64,000 bases of DNA, taken from positions 18,059-82,058 of the forward strand of contig DATISF010000069.1 of assembly GCA_035468985.1 (NCBI GenBank). Direction: 5' to 3'. Below are positions 27,735 to 36,600 of the stretch, piece after piece. The notes beneath the pieces are model-generated. The model had not been told where the DNA came from, searched no databases, and worked only from the letters and a program-made list of their open reading frames with translations. The position numbers and the translations under genes are program-made. The number at the start of each line of letters is the position of its first letter. Position 1 is the stretch's first letter. This DNA comes from Thermoanaerobaculia bacterium. Lineage in GTDB: Bacteria > Acidobacteriota > Thermoanaerobaculia > Gp7-AA8.

Positions 27735-29187
27735 TTGCGCAAACCACGAGGAGTACTCCTGCCGCCGGTCGCCCGCGGGCGGGTGCGGCGCGGCGATGTG
27801 TATCGCGCGCTTCGAGCGGCCATTCTCGAAGGCGTGCTGCGGCCGGGTGAGCGCCTCCCTTCCAGCCGGCAGGCCGCGGCCGACTACGGCGTCTCACGGG
27901 GGATGGTGGACGAAGTCTTCGCGCAGCTGAGCGAAGAGGGATTTCTCGATCGCGCCGTCGGACGGGGAACCTTCGTTTCGAGATCGCTCGCTGGGTTGAG
28001 CGTGCCCGCGAGACGCGCCGGCCGCAAGCCGCCCGCCGGCCCGTCGCGACGCGGCGCGACGATCGCAGCGAACGCCGCCTGCCGCGAACCGCTGCTGCCC
28101 CGTCCCTTCAATGCCGGCACCGCCGACACGAGCGAGTTCCCATGGAAGGTCTGGCAGCGGATGCAGGGACGCGCGCTGCGCGAGCTCGGGGCGTCGGCCT
28201 TCGAGTTCGCCGATCCGCGCGGGCTGCCCGAACTTCGCGCCGCATTGGCTCGATATCTCGCGCAATTCCGCGGACTGCGCTGCAGCGCATCGCAAGTGAT
28301 CGTCTTCAGCAGCGCGCAGCAGGCGCTCTACGCGCTTGCGCTCCTTCTCCTCGATCCCGGCGACGGCGTTTGGATCGAAGATCCCTGCTACCTCGGCGCC
28401 CGGGCAGCGTTCGGGATCACCGGCGCGAACATGACGCCGGTGCCGGTCGACGACCAAGGTCTCATCGTCGACGCCGGAATTCGCCGCGCGCGGCGCGCCC
28501 GCCTCGCGTATGTCACGCCGCCGCATCAATATCCCACCGGCGTCGCGCTCAGTCTCGACCGGCGGATCGCCCTGCTCGACTGGGCCTCGCGCAACGACTC
28601 GTGGATCGTCGAAGACGACTACGACGGCCAGTTCCGCTACGAGGGTCAGCCGCTCACGCCGCTCTACTCGCTCGATCCGCACGGGCGCGTTCTCTACATC
28701 GGCACGCTGAACAAGGCGATGTTCGTCTCGCTCCGACTCGCCTATGCCGTGGTGCCGGAGGATCTGGTCGAGCCGCTCGCGAACGTGCGCACGCAGCTCG
28801 ATGGATTCACTCCGGCCGTGTCGCAGATGGCGATGACCCTGTTCATGGAGGAAGGACATTTCTCCTCGCACCTGCGGAGGGATGCGTAGCGCGTACGGAG
28901 CGAAGAGGAAGGAGCTCGTGGAGCGACTGGAACCCGTCAGGTCGCATGGTTGGACCTGGCCCGACAACGGCGCGGGGATGCATCTGCTCCTGCGTCATCG
29001 TTCGGGCGCATCCGTGCGTCGCGTGGCCGCGGCGAGCTCTCTCGCTCTGGCGCTGCTCAGCACGTACCGGACAACGCCCTCGCGCGACGACGGCCTGTTC
29101 CTCCGATTCGGCGCTCTCGGCATGGCAGCGCTTCGAGCCGGTGCGGAAGAACTGCTCGCCGCCATATCCGCCACGAAACTTCCATAA
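27735..29187 (+). CDS. MocR/GntR-family transcriptional regulator with PLP-dependent aminotransferase-like domain; apparent +1 frameshift near 28878
   Basis: GntR-type HTH (YRALRAAILEGVLRPGERLPSSRQAAADYGVSRGMV) followed by an aminotransferase class I/II-like domain. ORFs 27735-28889 and 28882-29187 overlap; the expected contiguous ...HLRRMRSAY... is split at a GGG run (cggagggatgcg). Confidence 0.7.
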
Positions 29188-29926
29188 ATCCCCCAAGACT
29201 CGCGACCACGCGCAGGCGATATTGATTCGCGTGAACAACTGTTACGATGATCGGCGTCCATTGCAACAACTAGCGGGTCGCGTGCTGATCACGCTGCTGA
29301 TCATGCTCGCTTCGCGCGCGCAGGCGGAGGTCGCCGCGGCGCGAAAGCCGTGGCATGCCACTGTTCCCGCTCCACGCCCCGGCCTTCCGGCGGTGACGCT
29401 CGACCTCGGCTATCCCGGTCCGTACATCCCGGCCGTGAACACGCCGGTCGCCCTCTTCGCCACCGCCTCCGATGTCCCGTTCGACGGCTTCATCGGATTT
29501 CACTTTGCCGTGGGCGGGCGGCGGACGATCGACACGCCGGTGATCGCTCGCGCCACCTTGAGACCGCGCCAGCCGTGGACGTTCCAGACGATCGTGACGA
29601 TGCGCAGGTGGGGCGCTCCTCCGGACAACGGCGCGCGTCCGCGAGAGCTCGTGGTGGAGTGGCGCAACCGCGCGATGGAGATCATCGATTCGCAGAGCGC
29701 CGGCACACCGCCGTGGACGACGTTCGGCGACGAGCTGCGGCCTCTCCGCATCATCGAACCGGACGAGCAAACGATCAGCGCACTCGGTGGTGAGGCACAC
29801 ATCGAACGCGCGGATGCCCTGCCGGACCGCAGTCCGCGGCGGCCGAAGATCCGAGGCTCGCCGTGGCGGCGGAACGACGAAAGGCGCGATTGCGGTCGCT
29901 GCTCGATTCATTGTGATAATGAGGCG

Positions 29927-30562
29927 ATGCGTGTCGTCTTCGACCGCTTTGCCTTCGACTCCGACCGGCGCGAGCTCCACGATGGCACGCAACCGGTGCA
30001 TCTCGGACCGAAGGCCTTTCGCCTCCTCGAGATCCTGATCGAGAACTCCCCGCGCGCTCTCGCGAAGCAGGAGCTCTACGAATCCATCTGGCAGGACACG
30101 GTCGTCGATGAATCAAATCTGGCCGGATTGATCAACGAGATCCGCACGGCCCTCGGCGACCGCTCGCGGAAGCCTCGCTTCATCCGCACCGTGCACGGAT
30201 TCGGATACGCGTTCAGCGGCCACGTCAAAGACGAGGCCGCGCAACCCCCGGCCGGTTTCGTGTTCTTTCACGGACGCGAGATTCCGCTGCAGGCGGGAGT
30301 CAATGTGCTCGGCCGCGATGCGTCCGCCGACGTGCAGATCGACGACTCAACAGTGTCGCGAAGACACGCGGCGATCGAGATTCGCGCGGACTCCGTGATC
30401 CTCAAGGATCTGGAAAGCAAGAACGGGACGTTCCTCGACGGCCACAGGCTCATAGCGCCCGTTCCGCTCCGCGAAGGCCAGACCTTCGTCCTCGGCGACG
30501 CGTCGGTCGTCTTCCGGCGATCGCGCGGGCCCGGCTCGACGGTCACCCTCGCCAACGAATAA
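29927..30562 (+). CDS. Transcriptional regulator with OmpR/PhoB-type winged-helix DNA-binding domain fused to a C-terminal FHA domain
   Basis: trans_reg_C pattern (RELHDGTQPVHLGPKAFRLLEILIENSPRALAKQELYESIWQDTVVDESNLAGLINEIRTAL). FHA pattern (LGRDASADVQIDDSTVSRRHAAIEIRADSVILKDLESKNGTFLDG). ATG is preceded by GAGG. The same frame is open upstream to about 29282 (see findings). Confidence 0.7.
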   Translation: MRVVFDRFAFDSDRRELHDGTQPVHLGPKAFRLLEILIENSPRALAKQELYESIWQDTVVDESNLAGLINEIRTALGDRSRKPRFIRTVHGFGYAFSGHVKDEAAQPPAGFVFFHGREIPLQAGVNVLGRDASADVQIDDSTVSRRHAAIEIRADSVILKDLESKNGTFLDGHRLIAPVPLREGQTFVLGDASVVFRRSRGPGSTVTLANE

Positions 30563-30583
30563 GATCGCCGCGAGGTGCAGAAC

Positions 30584-32071
30584 ATGACGTTCCGGAAGAT
30601 CGCCACGGCATTCGCAGCGCTCATCATCCTTGGCGCGGGCTCGTCCTACGCCGCAAATGATTTGGCCGACATCCGCGCCGAGATCACCAAACGGCACGAT
30701 GAGGCGGTCAGGCGTCTGCAGGACTGGATTGCCCTTCCCTCGATCGCGGCGGAAAATCGCAACTACCCGGCAGGCGCCGAGTACATGGCCAAGCTCGCCC
30801 GCGACGCGGGATTCCAGCAGTCGACGATCATCAATACGGACGGGAAGCCGGGCGTCTTTGCGACGCTCGACGCCGGAGCGAAGAAGACCGTCGGCCTCTA
30901 CTTCATGTACGACGTCAAGCAGTTCGATCCGGCCGAGTGGACCTCGCCGCCGCTCGATGCGCGCATCGTCGACAAGCCGGGAATCGGCAAGGCAGTCATG
31001 GGACGGGGCGCGGTGAATCAGAAGGGACCGGAGTCGGCGTTGCTGGCGGCGCTGCACGCCATTCGCGGCGCCGGGAAGAAGATGCCGGTGAATCTCGTGC
31101 TCGTCGCCGAGGGTGAAGAGGAAATCGGCTCTCCGCACATCGGCCAGATCGTGCACCGGCCCGAGGTGGAGGCGGCACTCCGCAAGACTTCCGGCGTGTT
31201 CATGCCGGCAGCGTCGCAGGATCTCGACGGCATTGTCACCGTGAGCCTCGGCGCGAAAGGCGTGATCGAGCTGGAGCTGGTCTCGAGCGGCGAGAAGTGG
31301 GGACGCGGCCCGGCGAAGGACATCCATTCTTCACTGAAGGCGATGGTCGACAGCCCGGCGTGGCGCCTGGTCAAGGCGCTCGACACACTGGTGTCGGCGG
31401 ACGGCAACACGATCACGATCGACAACTATCCGCAGCCGCGGCCGATGACCGCCGAGGAAAAGGCGATGATCGACACGGCGGCGAAGCGGCGCAGCGAAGT
31501 GCAGTCGAAAAAATCGCTCAGCGTGCAGCACTGGATCGACGATCTTCCGTGGGAGCAGGCCAATGAACGTCTCGAATCGCAGCCGACGGTGAACATCGAA
31601 GGTCTCGTCGGCGGCTACACCGGGCCGGGCGGCAAGACCGTCCTTCCCCATCGTGCCGTGGCGAAGATGGACATGCGCCTCGTTCCCGACATGAAAGTGC
31701 CCGAGGCGGTCGCCGCGCTGAAAGCGCATCTCGCCAAGCGCGGCTTCGCCGATCTCGAGGTCAATGTCACCGGCGCGTACAACCCGACGAGCACTCCGGC
31801 GAGCGCGCCGCTGATCCAGTCGCAGATTGCCGTCCTCAAACGGGCCGGCATCGATCCCGTGCTCTGGCCGCGCAACGCCGGTTCGTATCCCGGTTACGTC
31901 TTCACCGACCCGCCGCTCAGCCTCGCCTCCGGCCATTTCGGCCTCGGCCACGGCAGCGGCGCGCATGCGCCGGACGAGTATTACGTGATCGAGTCGACGA
32001 ATCCGAGCGTGCAGGGGTACGACGGCGCGGTGATGTCGTTCGTCGAGTATCTGTACGAGCTGGCGAAGTAG
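30584..32071 (+). CDS. Secreted M20-family metallopeptidase (dipeptidase/carboxypeptidase-like)
   Basis: Signal peptide MTFRKIATAFAALIILGAGSSYA. Peptidase M20 catalytic and dimerisation domain patterns (VLVAEGEEEIGSPH, HAPDEY). GAGG RBS 7 nt upstream. Confidence 0.85.
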   Translation: MTFRKIATAFAALIILGAGSSYAANDLADIRAEITKRHDEAVRRLQDWIALPSIAAENRNYPAGAEYMAKLARDAGFQQSTIINTDGKPGVFATLDAGAKKTVGLYFMYDVKQFDPAEWTSPPLDARIVDKPGIGKAVMGRGAVNQKGPESALLAALHAIRGAGKKMPVNLVLVAEGEEEIGSPHIGQIVHRPEVEAALRKTSGVFMPAASQDLDGIVTVSLGAKGVIELELVSSGEKWGRGPAKDIHSSLKAMVDSPAWRLVKALDTLVSADGNTITIDNYPQPRPMTAEEKAMIDTAAKRRSEVQSKKSLSVQHWIDDLPWEQANERLESQPTVNIEGLVGGYTGPGGKTVLPHRAVAKMDMRLVPDMKVPEAVAALKAHLAKRGFADLEVNVTGAYNPTSTPASAPLIQSQIAVLKRAGIDPVLWPRNAGSYPGYVFTDPPLSLASGHFGLGHGSGAHAPDEYYVIESTNPSVQGYDGAVMSFVEYLYELAK

Positions 32072-32127
32072 GCGACCCGCAAACAACTCCGGTCACCTCT
32101 CACCGTTCTGCGGGAAGATAGCGGCGC

Positions 32128-33599
32128 ATGACGACTGACGATCGGCAGCCCTCGAAGACTCTCGGATTCACGACGCTCTTCCTCATCGAGATGTGGGAGA
32201 GGTTCGGCTACTACGGCATGACCGCCGTGGTCGTGCTGTTCATGGTGCAGCAGCTCGGATACACGGACGATCGCGCCAATCTCACGTTCGGCGCGTTTGC
32301 GGCGCTGGCCTACGCTGTTCCGGCGGTCGGCGGCTGGATCGGGGACAAGCTTCTGGGAAGCCGCCGCACGACCGTCCTCGGCTCGGTCGTCCTGGCCATC
32401 GGGTACACGCTGTTGGCGATCCCGAACCGGCCCGAGCTCCTCTTCCCCGCGCGCTCGTTGCGGTCGGCGGCGGCATCTTCAAAGCCAATCCGGCGAACCT
32501 GATCTCGAAACTCTATGAAGGCGACGCCGCGAAGATCGACAGCGCCTTCACGATGTACTACATGGCCGTCAACGTCGGCGCCACGGCCTCGCAGCTCGCC
32601 ACGCCGCTGATCGCCATCAAGTACGGCTGGCACGTGGCATTCGGCATCTGCGCGGCGGGCCTGGTCATCGGCATCATCAATTACCTCGTCATGCGGCGCT
32701 ATCTCGCGCATGTCGGATCGGAGCCTGATTTCAGGCCGCTCGACATGACGAAGCTCGTCGTGGTGATCGTCGGCATCGCCATCGGGGCGGTTCTCGTGGC
32801 GTTCATCATTCAGAACCGGACCGTGGCCCGAGCAATCGTCGTGCTGGCCTTCATCATCATGCTGGCGATCTTCGGAATCATGATGAAGAAGGGGACGGAG
32901 CGCGAGCGCAAAGGCCTGGCCGCCGTGCTGGTGCTCACCGCCCAGGGCATGGTGTTCTTCATCTTCTATCAGCAGATGTCGACCTCGCTGACGCTGTTCT
33001 CGCTGCGCAACGTCAATCTCGACTTCTATGGCTATCACGTTCCGGCCGGCCAGGTGCAGGCGCTCAACCCGATCTGGGTGTTCCTCCTCAGCCCTCCCCT
33101 GGCGTGGCTCTACAACGCGCTCGGCAAAGGAAAGGGAGACTTCCACATCGCCACGAAGTTCGCGATGGGATTCGCCATCCTGAGCCTCGGCTTCTTCGCG
33201 TACGGATTCAGTGGAAACTTCGCCGTCAACGGCAAGGTCTCGTTCTGATGGATGATCATCGGCTACGGGCTGCAGTCGCTCGGCGAGCTGCTGATCAGCG
33301 GGCTGGGACTGGCGGTGGTGGCGCGGTATGTCGGCCCGGCGCAGCGCGGCTTCCTGATGGGCGTCTGGTTCCTGTCGACCGGCATCTCGCAGTATCTCGG
33401 CAGCTACGTCGCCACGTACGCCAGCGTTCCGGAGAACGTGACCAATCCCGTCCAGACGCTGCCGCTTTACACGAATCTCTTCATCAAGCTCGGGATCGTC
33501 GCCGTGATCGGAACAGTGATCGCCGCCGCGCTGGTGCCGATGATGAAGCGCCTGTCGGTGGCCAGTCAGACGCCGACGGAGCAGGACGGCCGTGCCTGA
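32128..33599 (+). pseudogene. POT/PTR2-family proton-dependent oligopeptide transporter, disrupted (one frameshift near 32440-32460 and an in-frame TGA at 33246-33248)
   Basis: Three ORF pieces (32128-32502, 32193-33248, 33252-33599) jointly encode a typical POT transporter (ERFGYYGM..., FKANPANLISKLYE, GELLISGLGLA). The frame changes in a C-run (cttccccgcg). A TGA interrupts the conserved VSF-x-WMIIGY block. Could be sequencing artefact. Confidence 0.7.
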
Positions 33600-33689
33600 C
33601 GGCGTTCCGGTCGACTGATCGCACGAACCGAAGCCTGTGTCGTTCGCCACATTGTTCGGTCCGTTGTGACTGAATCATTGTGTGTCACA

Positions 33690-36600
33690 ATGCGCCCCGT
33701 CCTTCCTCGATCCATGAAATGCCTCGTGTCTGCGGTCGTGGCAGTTCTCTGCGCGAGTGCTGCGCACGCGCAGGCTCCCTACCTCGTCACCGATCTCAAC
33801 ACGTCGTACACGCCGAATGCCGTGTCATCGTCGCCGCGGTATTTCGTGGCGGCCGGATCGACCGTCTTTTTCGCCGGGTCGAGCGATGCCGCCGGCGCGG
33901 AGCTGTTCACGACGGACGGAACGACGGTCGACCTCGTGAAGGACATCGTTCCCGGCTCGCTCGGCAGCGGCCCGGCGAATCTCGTCCCGCTGTCGGGTAG
34001 CACGGTCATCTTCTCGGCTTCGGACCCGGTGAACGGAAGAGAGCTGTGGAAGAGCGATGGAACCGAGGCCGGCACGGTTCTGGTCAAGGACATCTATGTC
34101 GGGGCCCAGACCAGCGGCGCACAGCCGGTGGCCGCGATGTCGGGTCACGTTTTCCTGCTCGCGAGCAGCACGGGGCAGTTGCGGGACGCTTGGGTCACTG
34201 ACGGCACCGACACGGGAACGAAAAAACTTGTCGACTCGCCGGACGCCCGCGGCTTTTTCGTCCTCGGCGGGTTCATGTACTTCTACTCCGGCACGACCCT
34301 GTGGCGAAGCGATGGGACTCCGGAAGGAACGACGGCGGTCCGCACGGATCTGACGATCCGCACGATGACGGTCGCCGGCGGCCACCTGTTTTTCGCCGGC
34401 TGGGACTCCGCACATGGTTATGAGCTGTGGATGAGCGACGGAACCGCGGCGGGAACGATCCTGCTGAAGGACATCAACCCCGGCGCCGGCAGCTCGTTCA
34501 ACACGACGGGCACGTTCTCGCTCGTTCCGGTCGGAGCATCGATCGTCTTCTTCGCCTACGATCCGACGAACGGCTGGTCGTTGTGGCACAGCGACGGCAC
34601 GCCCGACGGCACGGTCCCGTTCAAGTCGTATCCGGCCTGGTCGAGCAGCGCGATCCCACCGCTCCTCAGCAGTGCCGGCGGGCTGGCGTTCTTCTCCAGC
34701 GCCGGCCTGTGGCGCACCGACGGATCGGAGCTCGGCACGATCAAGCTCGGAACGGTCACCGATCCATCGTCGTACGTCGCCGGCACTTCGAAGGTCTTCT
34801 TTTTCGGCCGCAACAGCAGCGGTCTGTTTCGGCTCTGGTCGACCGACGGGAGCGATGCAGGCACCACGATCGTCTCGCCGTCTGTCGCCCCCGGATCTCC
34901 GACGGAAATCGCCTGGGCCGGCGGACAGCTCTTTTTCTCCGGCTCGGACGGCACAACCGGATCGGAGCCGTGGGTCAGTCATGGGACCGAGGGGGGAACG
35001 CATCTCATCGCGAACATGGCGAGCGATCCGCCTGCGTCTTCCAATCCCGATCTTCTGCGCGGAACAACCGGCCGCGTCTTCTTTACGGCGACGAACAGCG
35101 GACCGCGCGAGGTGTGGACGAGCGACGGCACCGCCGCCGGCACGATCCCCCTGACCAACTTCCTGGGCGCCAAGACCTTCGGATTTTTCAGCGCCTGGAA
35201 GGGAAACCTCTTCTTCACGACAACGGCTTACACGACGACGACCGAGTACAGCCTGTATTTGAGCGATGGAACCGCGGCAGGCACGTCGGAGCTGCAGAAG
35301 ATCTACGTGTCGTTATTTTTTCCGTCGTCGGGTTACTTCTACTTTACGGCGCCGTCGGACTCGAGCACTTATGGATCCCGGGAGCCCTGGCGTACCGACG
35401 GAACGCAGGCGGGCACGATCGATTTGTCGACCGGGACGACATCCAAGCCGTCCGAGCCGTGGGCCTTTGTGGAGCTCGGCGGGCGGGTCTACTTTGAGGC
35501 CGGCGATCCGCGCGGGATCTGGCAGACCGACGGTACGCCGGCATCGACGCAGCGCCTGACAACGCACCCGTCGAATTACACTTCGATCAGTGCAGGCATG
35601 GTGGCGGCAGCCGGCGCACTCTACTACTCATTGAACTCTTCGCCTTACGGTACGGAGCTCTGGCGCACCGACCCGAATCGACGAAGGACAGACGTCATCG
35701 ACATCCGGCCGGGAACTCCCAGCTCCACTCCTGATCAACTCACAGCCGCCGGGCCGCTCGTTTTCTTCACCGCGGATGACGGCACGGCGGGACGCGAGGT
35801 CTGGCGCAGCGACGGAACCGTGGCGGGCACGTTCATGGTCAGAGACGTGATGCCGGGCACGGGCAGCTCGTCGCCGAGGTCGCTCACGGCAGTGGGAAAC
35901 CGGTTGTTCTTCGTGGCGAACGACGGTCTCGACGGCTTCGAGCTCTGGACGAGCGACGGAAGCACAGCCGGAACGGAGCTCGTCGCCGATCTCGCGCCGG
36001 GTGCCGCATCGTTTTCGCCTGACTCGCTGGTGGCTGCCGACGGTCTTCTGTGGTTCTCCGCCGATGATGGCTCGACGGGTCGCGAGCTCTGGAAGAGCGA
36101 CGGAACCCCCGGCGGAACACAGCGCGTCGCGGATCTCAATCCCGGCGCGACCGGTTCGGATCCGCGGCAACTCGTCGTGGCGGGCCGCGAACTATTCTTC
36201 AACGCGCAGACGTCGCTCGGACGCGAGCTCTGGGCGCTGGCGCTGAATCCGACGGCGTACACCATCGACGACGCCCGCGTTCTCGAGGGCAATACGGGAA
36301 CGACGCAACTTCACTTCAAAGTCACCCGAAGCGGCGATCTTTCGCAGGCATCGTCGGTCGCCTTCGTCACGTCGGACGGCACTGCCACAGCGGGAGCCGA
36401 CTACGTTGCCGCCAACGGCACCGTTGTGTTCGCAGCCGGCGCGAGCGAGGCATTCATCGACGTCACAGTCAACGGCGACACGCAGATGGAAGACGACGAG
36501 TCGCTCTCCGTAACGATCTCGTCTCCGACGCTCGGCGTGCTCCAGAACAATGTCGCCACCGGCATCATCGAGGAAGATGACCGCTCGGCCGCGCTGTCGA

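Noticed and set aside
28142-29926. Upstream 1.8 kb of the 806-aa ORF 28142-30562 overlapping the MocR gene
   Set aside because: The 5' two-thirds run in an alternative frame of the MocR aminotransferase domain and translate to Arg/Ala/Pro-rich junk. Only the region from about 29282 looks protein-like, and the real regulator start is the RBS-preceded ATG at 29927.
32310-33650. 446-aa minus-strand ORF antisense to the POT transporter
   Set aside because: Antisense artefact (His/Arg/Asp/Glu-rich). The sense strand carries the conserved POT motifs.
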